Assembly (NCBI GenBank): GCA_040954595.2
Contig: CM082592.2
Coordinates: 8,357,677 to 8,421,676 of the forward strand
Direction: 5' to 3'
Length of the DNA stretch: 64,000 bases
Source of the DNA: Balanoglossus misakiensis
Taxonomy: Eukaryota > Animalia > Hemichordata
In this document: in pieces, positions 1-11,996 of the stretch
Layout of the letters: each line of letters begins with the position of its first letter
How positions within the stretch are numbered: the stretch's first letter is position 1
Program-made: the position numbers and the translations under genes
Notes under the pieces: generated by a model
Database searches by the model: none
What the model was told of the DNA's origin: nothing
Seen by the model: the letters and a program-made list of their open reading frames with translations, nothing else

Positions 1-3000
1 AGCGATCGCTGGCCTGGAGGACGGAGTCTACCTTTGAAGGAATTCCGTTCCAGTTGTTCATGTAAAACGGTCCGACTACGTCCATTCTCCAGTTGATCAT
101 ATAGAAATAACCATCTGAAGCGAAGGAAATGAAAAATACATGTATTATTGACAGAAACATTTTGCAATGACGTTGTCTGGACAACACGATGGCTTGTCAA
201 AAGATTTACATTTTTAATAATTCCATAATATATAACCCGTGTGGTCGTGTCGTGCCCGTACTCACCTTTAAAGAAATAAGTCTGTCCGTTGCCGTCGAAC
301 TCGAAGGCGGCGTCAACGTTTTCTGGCAAGCCACGGAACTCCTCGCCGATTTGCTTCGGATAGCCTGGATCCATCGCCTGATTCTCAAAACGCCAGACTT
401 GACTACCCTGTGATATTAAAGGGGAACGTTAGCCTCCATTCTAGAGTTTATGCTTCGGAATGTGGTTTCCACAACTTTCACTTACGCACATATCAAAGCC
501 TCAAAAGTACGCGAAACCGGAAGTGACGTAGTCGCGTATCACGTCAGAATTACTACGTTCGGGTCTTTTGCCATGTTTCTATAGACCAAGTCGATAATTA
601 TTTGAAAGAATTTATTACAAACCTTAAAGAACCAGGTCTTTCCGAGCATCCCAGTGCTTCTCCAAAACCAGTAGTTAGAGGCGGTGAACGAAGCATCAAA
701 GTTACCCATCACTCCCTGCCAGTTATCTCGGATCAGTTTGGGGTATCCGGAATCCACGTGGCCATTGGTCAATCGCCAGTAGATTTCACCTGAAAGGTTC
801 ACGAACAGGGTAAAATTAGTATTCAAATAGTATTCAACAGTTCCAAGATATGATCGGAGACATCCCCTTTCTCTTTGCAATCACTTACAAACCTATTTGA
901 GTAGTAAAAGTAAAATAACTTTGGCTTTTACCTTTGAAGGCGTACGTGCTTCCGTCTTTTGTCTCTGTGATTGTGTCGATGGTGGTTGGGCAGAATACAG
1001 GTGGGTTTGGGTTTGGGTTTGGGTTAGGATTCGGATTGGGATTTGGGGCTGGTGTGGATGTTGGCTCTGGTGCTTCGTCGGGCTTCGCTCCTGCAAAGAC
1101 AGAAATGGCGTACTTAGTCCATGAAAAAAAAATGTGTTGGACAGTTCGATGCCCGATCGATAATATGGCGAAGACATTATCTCTTTGTCAGCAGTTCAAG
1201 AAACGCTCGCGTGCGCAAGTGCGTCCACACACACGCGCGCCTCAAAAAAGGGACACACTTACCGTATAGAAACTGGATTCCGGCGATATCGTCAGCGTCA
1301 AGCTGAAAGTCGGGTTTGTATCCAGTGTGATAGGGGTACATGAGGGAACCAAACACGTCACTGTGACCCAGACCGAGACTATGGCCGAATTCGTGAGCAG
1401 CCACCAAGTAAAGATTGACACCTGGTAAAAAAGCAATATATAGCATCCGTAAGCATCTGTACATGTATAAGTGGGTCAGTTCGAATACCTAATTCTTCGT
1501 CGTAAATGACTTCAAACAATGTAAAACCCAACAAGTTAATGGGACAGAAAAAATGAATGCACTGCACAAAATAATTCTCCATCTCCATACCTGAATATGA
1601 ATCTGCCGTCCAAGTTTCACCGTCATCAAAATGTGCGTCCCCTTTTACGTCGCCGTATGAGCTTGGGTAGAACGCATGCGCTAGAACTTTTCCTGGTCCG
1701 TCGAAGGTGGACGAGAAGAAGGGCCCGTCGTAGTGCGGAATGTAGGGGGCGGGAAACGAAATGTTGATGTCGGCCTTAACACTGCCGTCGACTTTTGTAA
1801 ATTTGAGGGGAGTCTCATCCGACCAAAGCTAAGTAAATGAAGAAAATCGATTGTTAGTTTGTGTGAGGGCGCCAAATCTATATTCTGCTAACTTTAGCGA
1901 CGTTCAGGCATGGCCAGGATTGGCATATAAAAACAATGAGTGGGACTAAAGTGACTGTGTTCATAAGAGTCGACCATACGTGCAAAACTGCGCTCGCTAC
2001 TGAATGTTACTTTAAAAAAGAAATGGCGGGGGTCCGTTGGGGTCTGACGTTGACATTGACATTGAACGGCCATGACTGGCAGTGTTGTTAATCGTTCGAC
2101 AGTAACTCTAAGCAGTATTGACGTCAATGGCAAAGAGTTGCATTTTGTGCTAACCTTGAACGCTGCTGCAATTTCCCTGTCAACAACCCACTCGGGCAGG
2201 TCGGTGGTGTACTGAGCGATGGAGTATGTCAGGTCCGTCTTCTGCCACTTGGCGGCTGCGTAGTAGCGTTTCCTGCGTCCGTTCTCGTCGGCTCCCGCCT
2301 CGAAGTCAGGCATGCCACAACGAGGCTCGTTCATCTTCTCAAGTGTTGCGTTGTCGAGTTTTCCTGTTGAGAATTGTTACATAAATTGGTAAATTGTCAG
2401 CGCCCTGCCACTGGCTTTGAATTTAGGTTTTGTTAATAAGGGCCTCTGGATTCATTGGGGTATTAAAACGGAGATGGTTCGAGTTATAGGTGAAGGCGAG
2501 AAAAGGCAACTCGACTGAGGAACAGATAACTAAAGAAACGAAATTCTTTTCATCCCACCTGTTTCGTTTAATCTCGCAAATCTTTGGAATTCTCTGATCG
2601 ATTCACGTATCGTTGCTTCAGTAGTTAGGGCGTTGGGTAACACATCGGCGTATCCATAGTGATCAAGGAATTGCTGAGAATGGAAGAAGAAAATAGCTCA
2701 ATATTAATGTTCGTTACAATAATTCCCAGTGAAACTGTATGTGAGCAGTTCGGTTACTTTTATGCGAACGTCTCAGTCACCTGTTGCCGGCCAAATATTT
2801 CCCTCATTGTCCACACTAGATGGCGCTATAAACGAATCTATATTTGACCGATGATGTCATCCACTTTTCCCCCTCCTGTGCAAGGCAGTGCCATCGAAAG
2901 CGGGTCAGTGAAAGTGGGCACACCCGGTACCCGCCGTCGCTTATTGTACTCAGTGTTACAAGAAAATAATAACTTGGCAACTGGGTGATCCACGAGTGGA

Positions 3001-3397
3001 CTTTTGTGTTGGTGGCAGGCGAAGCCTAGTAGACGCTATTGTAGTTACCGTGTTCACTCACATACGCCAACGCATTCGGTTCAAGACCTACTTACCAGCT
3101 TGACCGATTCAAAATTTATCAAACTTGAAGTTGTAGAACAAAAAAAACACACGAGCCATTGATTTGTAAAAAAAAAAGGGCAATCAACCTAGAGTCGACT
3201 TTAAACATCTGACAAGTAAGCCCAGACACAATGTGAAGTAAAAATCTTACCACTGCATCGCCGATGTTGGCGATGGGTCGCATCGGAGCAGGAGGAGGTG
3301 GAGCTTGGGCAGCGGCCGGCGCTGCTGCAACACGGTGGGAGTCCCACACGTAAACTGTTGCGATGACAACAAATATCTGTAACCTGCACAGAAACAT
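1..3397 (-). CDS. Matrix metalloproteinase (M10A matrixin: signal peptide, propeptide, catalytic domain, hinge, hemopexin repeats); 3' end outside window
   Basis: Phase-consistent exons (minus): 3397-3251, 2673-2559, 2363-2155, 1828-1591, 1421-1263, 1090-932, 789-623, 407-266, 114-<1, all GT..AG. Translation gives signal peptide [18 protein letters not shown], propeptide [15 protein letters not shown], cysteine switch PRCGMPD, furin site [29 protein letters not shown], zinc motif [11 protein letters not shown], Met-turn LMYP, and hemopexin repeats (TYAFKG, GYPKLI, VDAAF, TYFFK). Resembles MMP19/28-type catalytic domains; orthology not established. Confidence 0.96.
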
Positions 3398-3505
3398 CTT
3401 CTTGTGCTCTTGTTGTTATTGTTTGATGAAAAAGTATATCGTCTTGTTAACGTCTTCTTTCCGCGAGTCCAGCTCGGGTTCTGCTGGCAACGATTCTCCA
3501 TCGCC

Positions 3506-3513
3506 TATTTATA
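3506..3513 (-). promoter_or_regulatory. TATA box of the MMP gene
   Basis: TATAAATA on the minus strand about 110 nt upstream of the ATG at 3397; ETS-like ACCGGAA (minus, 3549-3555) lies just upstream. Confidence 0.55.
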
Positions 3514-6500
3514 GACCCGCCGAAACACGGATACAACGGCCGACGCCTTTCCGGTGTTCAATGGAACCTGGAAAATAAATAATAAAATCGATAAATCGGT
3601 CCGTAAATAAACCGTGCGCGGGCGATGAGTAATTCTCGCTTTGTTCGTGAGCGAAAACAATGGCGAAAAACTCCAACGTGGGTAAATGTGACCATATTCG
3701 GAGTGAGTACCTGTAGTCTGACGGATTATGATTGGTCACGATCGCCGATGATGTCATCCAGCTTTACTCCGTAACTACTGTGATACACGGTGCCATCACC
3801 GCATTCGCTCGACCGTAAACAAAAACGCTCACCTTCACAACGCTCCTAACAAGAATGTCCACTTTCAAAACACTCTAAACAAGAAAGTATTAGGCTGGCA
3901 ATTTTCTATGGTAAACTCTGCGGAGAAAAAGAACAGACCGTGCTAATTGGTCAAGTAAAGCAGTTTTTATTGGAAATGACACAAACATCATAGAACGTGG
4001 AACTGGCAATACTTGATATTAGTCGTAACAAACCGGTGGCGTTAAACTTTTCGCTTGACTAAATCTTTTGACCTCGAAGCGGGGCTAAATTTAGCAACCA
4101 ACAGCCCACGTATTGCCATGTCTTCCCTTTTGTAACGTCGGAATGTTCAATCAAAAATGGCCCTGCACTGAATGTCACCTGTTGTCTAAAATGTCGACAA
4201 AAGAATCACGCGTCTGACGGCTCTTGCAGCAAGCAACCGCGGCGTTTTGGCAGAGAAGCATTGCAAAACTGCAAATACATGCAGAAGGGGTCCGCGGGCC
4301 ATGTTAGGAAGCCAGGAGCACACGTGCAAACAAAAATAGAGAATATTACCCCACACAACAAATACATACACACATAAACTACCAATTAAAAGCCTAAAAT
4401 AGTATTATCAGTGATTTTCTTAACAATCCTATGTTTCTCTATACACGTAAACCTCGAAATCTTTACGCGACGTCGACTGTGTATAACCATAGATGCTCCA
4501 GAAAAAAAACCTCGAGTATCTGTGATTAAACGCACTTTTTATTCACCATGCACATAACGCACTTTTACATTTATGGTGTTTTTATGCTGTTGTTCGAGTT
4601 TACTGCTTGTCGTTCCATTGTATGAATGGATAATGTTTGAATTCCTTTATGGTCTGTAGCCCTTTGGTCTCCAGTACGTTCCGCCCCTGCTGTCGAATTC
4701 GCCTGTGATGGACGGTGTGCCAATAGATCAACGAAAGTCTTATACATGTACTCATATTGTCACATTTATGGCATGGAAAAGAGGTTTATTTTCTTTAAAA
4801 ACTGCCTGAGTACTGATTTTAATTAACTTTGCAAGCAAGTCAATGGCAACAATTTACTGCTGAAGGACAGGTGGAAGAACTTCGTTCAGGTGTTGAAATA
4901 CGTGACACCATTAACCGTAGACTTTCCACTGCTCCGATTGGTATTCAGGTAGCAGGGTGTCCATTGTGGACATTAGCACCGGTGGCACAGAATCTATTGT
5001 TAGCCGAGTGCGTACACCTTATTACCACGGGGGTATGCATCAACGTACAATGAAAAGCGCAAGTCATACGACCGGCGCGACCTCGCTGACGTAATGACGA
5101 CGGTTGACACACGCCCGCCCCCGAAGTTGCTCTCAGTCGAACCAATGTCTTGGCTTAGTGTACTCCCGCTTACGTATAAGCACAGTGCCACTTACGTAAA
5201 CGCGCCAGCTTCTTTATTTTGACCACGGTGGAGTGACCGTGTTCTGACCAAATAAACGCGCAAAGTGAGTCAGTTTCAGCTTACAGTCAAGGAATTATTA
5301 ATCAGTTCCTGGGTGGTACGGTCAACAAGTGGCCATCGCAAATAAAAAAACAAGGGATGGTGAAATAACACTCTGTGTTGAACAACGGATCGTCAGTTGC
5401 ACCTTGCTGAGATACACTGGGCTGTTTGACGTGTTGTGTCAGTGAGTCAACCCCAGTATTGTTAGCAAAACACAAAACTAGTCCTTGGAACTGTGCTCAC
5501 CAGGCACTGAACTACGTGAGGTGATTCTGTGTGAGATGTTGCATTAAACAACATACGAAATAGAGGGCCTAGGAACAAGAGTTTATGGACATATCATTTA
5601 ACAAAGACAGTCAGTTTGTTGTTGATGATGATATCATGGAGAAGCCATCCACGACTTTGAAAAGAATATAATTTGAGTAATTTCTTTGAAAACATGAGAA
5701 TTTCGGTGGGAGTATAGGGAAATACCATTTCATTAATTAACCCTATCCATATACCAATGCGGAAATATATTTTGAAACAGATCCGGGTAGCGAAAACCAA
5801 TTACAGAATTGTCAATTTTTATTTACCTTTATGGTATAAGTTTAGGCGCAATTTATAAAGAAATTGGCTCGTGTAATTCGCCACTTTGACGGCCTTCGCG
5901 GAAAAGTCACGTCCCCACTTCCCGGTGTCCACAAAGCAAGAAGTGGCGTTTTCTATTGTATTCCCCACAAAACAATCCACCTGTCCCCCATTTTGTTGAA
6001 ACAACTCTTTAGTCAGTGCGTAAGCGTCAACGTGAGAACACATATGACACTGCCTGATTGAACAGGAGTCTCGTGACCGGATATGCGACCTTTGGGTTCA
6101 CCTCAGATGCTGCTTCGCGTTCAGATGATTGCACAACGCCCTGTCATAGTTCCGCCGGACCGTCCTGTTCCATCCCACTTCAATTCGTGGAGAAGTGACC
6201 AGGATCCTTCAAGAAGTCGTGCCGAGGTACAGATTGTCTCGGTAATGACATCCCGCCCAATGAGTGATGCCAACGAACGTACAATAAACTAATTTTGCTG
6301 TACACAATAATCTTTTAGAACCGAAGAAATATGTACATACATGTATTAAGGAAGACATGGCAATTTATGCGAGAATCAACGACCGCTTTAGCCGAAGATA
6401 TCATCTGATAAAAAGTCACATGAACTTTACTTATATTTAGTGTTACCAGGCACGATATACAAAAAATAAAAAAAAATAAAAATATCGGATTTCATTCATT

Positions 6501-6654
6501 CATTCAGCCTTTTGGTCAATATGTTCAGACTGTTACATGTATCACGTTGAGGGCGCACTCCACCCAAAATAAAACAGGAATAAATATTGTTGTAAAATTA
6601 TTGTGTAAAAACCCTGAAAGTCCGAATGGGTTTGCACTCCCGCTGTTCCAGGGA

Positions 6655-7617
6655 TTACTTCTCCTCCCGCCTCTCGCCCTGTACAACAACTTCTTGTACT
6701 TCTTGTACATGTGGGGAGTCGTGATATCCGACTGGAGAGAAAAAGAAATGGCCAAAATTCATTTTGCGGGTAATATGTGTGATATTTTGCAGTCCAACAT
6801 GTGATGTGATGTGTTGCGTGTTGTCTTATATCTTGTATATTGTATTGTATAAATTCTGCTTTCATATTCTAAATATACTTTTTCTGATGAGTAAACGTAA
6901 ATAAAACGCTATAATTATATTAAAATCTGGTATAAGAACTCACTGTAAGACATGACGACAAACAGCCAACCCCACCAGGCCGCCCAGATGAAACCAACGA
7001 TTAAAGCAGACGAGATGAGCTGCAGCCAGCCGAACCAGAAGTTGATGCAAAAGATGCGACACCTGTCCTTAACGCTCGGGTGTTTCGCACAACACGTGAG
7101 CACCGCGAAGGCTGCCATTATTGTACCTGCGCAGATGAAGGAGAAAAGACGACTTGTAAACCCGGGCGTTGCATATTTAATGGAAGTGCATGGTATTAGC
7201 TCCGTTACGTGTAAATGTTGGTGCGCTGTGGTATTAATAGACCATTTCCAAACTCCACGAGACCCTGTGAGATCTCCCCGCGTTGCTGGACATTTTATAT
7301 GGGAGGACATTCTCATACGACACGGCAAGCATGGCTCTTTGCGTTGTTCTTAAACTTTGCACCTGTTCTTGAAACTTACCAATGCCGGGAATTATGCAGT
7401 TCATTATGAAACACGTCCAGGCCCAGCACTGGTGCATGGCTGGCAACATGTTCATAAAACCGAGTAACATCTTTTTGGCCTTTTGCTGCTTCATCGCTTC
7501 CGCCGTCATTTCTGGTGGACCCGCTGTTTGCCCCGCTTGGAACTCTTCGTAACCTGGCGGTGAGGGCGGCTGCTTCACATCAACTTGTGGTTGGGCTATT
7601 TGTTTTGGGTAGGACAT
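6655..7617 (-). CDS. stum/Spec3-family small membrane protein, paralog 1 (165 aa)
   Basis: Exons (minus) 7617-7380, 7126-6944, 6731-6655, with phase-1 introns. Family motifs CFIMNCIIPGIGTIMAAF and FGWLQL..IVGFIWAAWWGW; ends IGYHDSPHVQEVQEVVVQGERREEK*. Confidence 0.88.
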
Positions 7618-9623
7618 CTTGGCCTATACTGTACTGTATGCGAAAAAAATGCATTTGGGAAATATAACCAGGCGGACAATGGGATATCCGATATTTAGGC
7701 CCCTAAAGACGTTACAGGATAAACCATGATACCCGCAGTACACTGTCGCCGTTTTCCCCACAGTATGCGACACACAAAAGGAACGATGGTCCAGTGTATT
7801 ATCGGTGGACAACTTTCACCGATTCAATGCAACTTTCGTTTCCAGTACATGAAGTACAATTTCAGTAACGTCTGTGTACACGGTACCAAGCAGTTACTCG
7901 TATCGCAGGTAACAGAAAGAGTGTCATACCGGCGTGCCGAAGGAAAGTGGTCGTATTTACACTTGTCAAAAGAAACAATGGTAACAACAACACTGTCGTC
8001 GGTTGTGCGGTGTATAAACTCCGGGCTCACACCGAAAAAATTATCACTGATTAACATCGGTTCGCCCACCGATGCCTCGTCACGACCGTAAGACAGTTCC
8101 CCCTGCATACAGAACGCGGCGATAATGAAAGCTAGTAACAATTCAAGAGGACAGATGAGTTGAGTCGTGCGTGAGTTGCGTTTACACCTATACGGTATAC
8201 CGTACCGAAGGTGTGGCAACAATGGCGTTCGAGTCCGCGTGACAACAAATTAGCAAGTGCATTATCGACTTGCATTGTAAACTAACAATTACCTTGACTG
8301 TAAAAAAAAACGTTTGAGTTGTCTCGACTGAGCTTTCCGAATAACAGCCGATCTTCTGATTGTTGTCAACTACCACCAGCAAGCTAGCTCCAGCTACGTG
8401 ACATTACGCTTTACAGTTCATCACGTGATCGGTTGACAGATTGGGGTCAGGCTACTCTTACTCTAGATATACAAAGGGGAAAATGGCTATACTAACATCA
8501 TGCATCATGTGTCAATATTCAATAGTGTAGTCCAAAAGGACGGTTCAGATTTCTGCCACTACGGACCCCAGAGGCCTTTCCATGAATAAATACACGCATG
8601 CATACATGCATGCCTACATGTACATAGGCCTACACTAACAGGTAGCCTACGCAGGCAGGCACAGACTGGTGAACATCGTACCAAGTGTCAGCTGGTTCGA
8701 GTGTCGCCTACAATCCGACGAAAGTACGATTGTGTCTGACACCATTATAACTGCTGTTTCTGGCACTATAGACAGTTAACTTTAGATATAAGATTTATCT
8801 TCTAAGATCTAATGACGCAGCTCAGAGCACAGGAGGGCCTAACCTATATCAGTTTGAGGAGTACTAGTAACTTATTACATAATTTGCATCACATGATTTG
8901 GTTCGTAGTGTCAATATTGGTTGTTATGACACAACTGCAGAGGACTATTTATTGAATGTCAGAAAACGACACAGCACCATTTTTCTAACACGCAATTATT
9001 GCCATCAAACGGAAATGGACTTTACGAAAAAACACGGCAATTTAGGATAAACGTCTTATGCCCTTGAAAACAGAAATCCTGTCTGTCTATTTCACACAAT
9101 GGATTGTGACCGGTCAGTCGGCATTAATACTTGCTGCATGATATGAAGCAACTTTGGTAAATATTCCCGCTTGCACATGACTGTGACTTATTTATGTTAA
9201 TGCGTCGTTGAACAAACACAACTTGTTGCGCAGAATAACACACCTGACCAAAGGTCATAGAAGCATTCATATATTTGCGTCTTTTTATTGGAAGGGAGGT
9301 CCAAATATTCATTGACGTTTAAGTTGTGATAACCGCAACACCGAGCGTAGGCGAGAATTGCACACCTAAGGTACGATTTCATGGTTTTATTTTATCGAAG
9401 TTTTGTCATAAATGCTGTCTCCAAATTCCCACAAATTATCCTCAGATAATTTTCGGGCGATGAAGCCTGCGTGGGAGTTACCGAGTTCTGTTTATATTTC
9501 ATTTTATCAATCCCTGTAGGACTCGATATATTGACAGAAAAGATCACACACTATACCTCTTACTTTTTTCGATATCAGGCTCTAATCTTTCAACTGAAAT
9601 TTAGAAGTTTGACCACATACACG

Positions 9624-11068
9624 ATGTCTTACCCAAAACAAACGTATCAGCCACAAATGCAGACGACACAGCAGCCGCCCTCACCGCCAGGATACGAAGA
9701 GTCACAGACAAACCAAGCGTCGACGTTACAAGGAGACGCTCTTGCACAAACCAGCGCCAAGAACAAGAAGGCCCTACTCAAGTATGTGGGCATGTTACCT
9801 GCTCTGCACCAATGCATGGCCTGGACTTGTTTTATCATCAACTGCATCATTCCTGGTATAGGTAGGTTAAAGGAGGACCATTCTGACCGTAGTTTCCCCT
9901 TGAAGATGCGGACCTTCCTATAGGACGCGATCACAGTATACATATTCATGTGTGGTGACGTGCATTACGCAAAAAACCAGAGTCGATGTGTTTATGATTA
10001 CTACCGTTGTCATTTAAGCACCCCGAAACACTGATAAGAACTCCAATATAATTAGCCAGAGTAAACTGAGATTTTTATGCTGAAGTCGGCATATGGTTAC
10101 ATTTGCAATGATCATTATAACTGATTACATAGCTCTGTATCAACATGTACCACAGGGGGCATCCTGCTTCAAAACTGACACTGTGTAAAATCTCTTTACA
10201 AATGTGTACACATGTGTTTTAGACATGTTCGAAGCAGGACACCCCCAGAGTGTGTTGATACAGAACTGCTCTAATCAGTTCTAATGATCAAAACGAACAT
10301 AACCAGATGCCGACTGCAGCGTAGCAATCTCAGTTTACTCTGGCTAATTATATTGGAGTTCTTATCAGTGTTTCGGGGTGCTTAAATGACAACGGTAGTA
10401 TTGTAACGTTGAATCTTTGTTCACTCTTTTATGCAGGTACAATAATTGCAGCCTTCTCGGTGCTCACGTGTTGTGCGAAACACCCGAGCGTTAAGGACCG
10501 GTGTCGCATCTTTTGCATCAACTTCTGGTTCGGCTGGTTGCAGCTCATCACCTGCGTCCTAATCATCGGCTACGTGTGGGCCATCATGTGGGGCTGGGGC
10601 TTCATCGTCTATTCGTACAGTGAGTATACATTTGTACACTCACAGCCTGGGTCGCCCGCCGCGCCGGGCAGTGCTGGGATCCACGCTCAGGGCACTTAAT
10701 CCACTAAACTGTTTGCACTGGAGGACTGTCTGCATACACAGTTGCGTATAGCCAGTCGTCTGGTTATAATTTCATGGCCAAATTTCGTGGCGGCGTACAG
10801 TGCAGCCATCTTCACTGAGAAAATAGTGCGCAGATTAGGATTGTTAAAACATAATTATATATGTAAATATTATGCAAATTAGGCGCCGCATTAATTTTAC
10901 AACAATTTTCTGTCACCATGTTGTTAAAAAAAGTCACTTTTGTTTTCAGTTGGCTATCACGGTGGTATGGACGTACCGGAGATTCAACAGGTGGTTGCGG
11001 GACAGAAACAGGAAGAGAAACAAAAAGCCCAGGAAAACACTGAAACATTGGAAATGACCTCTTATTAA
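9624..11068 (+). CDS. stum/Spec3-family small membrane protein, paralog 2 (179 aa)
   Basis: Exons 9624-9861, 10437-10619, 10950-11068. Exon 1 and 2 lengths (238, 183 nt) and phases match paralog 1. Motifs CFIINCIIPGIGTIIAAF and FGWLQL..IIGYVWAIMWGW. Confidence 0.9.
10001..10398. mobile_element. Non-autonomous foldback/MITE element with TA target-site duplication (Tc1/mariner-type ends)
   Basis: 10001-10073 is the exact reverse complement of 10326-10398 (73 bp, CTACCGTTGTCATTTAAGCACCCCGAAACAC...). TA flanks both ends (9999-10000, 10399-10400). Imperfect complementarity continues inward for roughly another 100 bp. No ORF. Confidence 0.9.
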
Positions 11069-11996
11069 TGTGATTCCAAGGTTTTATTTATGCATTTCGA
11101 CTTTCTTCCGAATCGATGGAGAAGTATAATTTTACGTTGATCTACAAGGAGGCCAGTATTTTGCGAACGTGCGAGTGAATGCAGTACACTCTACCTCCCT
11201 CCTTTCCCAATTATCATTTATCATTAACCTTGTTTCTTTTCAGATTTAAACTCTATAGAGAAAACATATTAAACATAGAAACGATAAAGTTTGCTGGTAC
11301 TGCTGCAGACGCGGTGCGTGTACTACACGCAGGCATCATTGTTCATAAATAGCCTAGGCCTAATCGCGTGCTGAAGACTTTTCTTCTCAAAATGAACGTC
11401 TTGTTATCAAAGCTCTTGTAAGCCTATGCACGAGAAGTCAAGGCCCTCTTCTGAGTCAAAATCACCGACATCCTTGCGTTCAAGGTAGCTGCCAATGATC
11501 TATAATACGATTATACTTAAGAATTCTACCCCGCGACCTCTGAACTCCCCTTTTAATGTGAATTAGCATAACAACGCATAATATGGGGAAAGTGACAATG
11601 GCGCCGCTTACGTCACGAGGGATCCAGTGGTAACAGCGACAGACTGTATAATTCGTTGAGCAGTATATACCTATACCTGTGGCAGTTGGGCTCGGGTTTA
11701 TAATTCAGTCTTTCTCGCTCAAAAACAGATTCGCCGGTCTCGCTATGCTCGCCGTGGGGATAAAACAACCGACGGAAACATGTCCTTTGACTACTGTGAA
11801 CTGAGGCGACAGAATTTGCGTGCCGCAATGTCCGTCAACGGTGCTTAAAAACGTGAATCCTTGCACGGCGGCCATATCACCTGTACATACACAGGCCGAC
11901 TTCGTGAACGACGATAAACAACTCTTATAAACTGACAGGTTCGGTTTCACTAGATATTTACAAGACGACCTCCTACTTCGCAGCAAGCGGGAAAAA

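Noticed and set aside
6585-10910. Shared 15-mer TAATTTTACAACAAT in the paralog 1 3' UTR and paralog 2 intron 2
   Set aside because: AT-rich, in non-equivalent positions, with no flanking similarity; probably chance.
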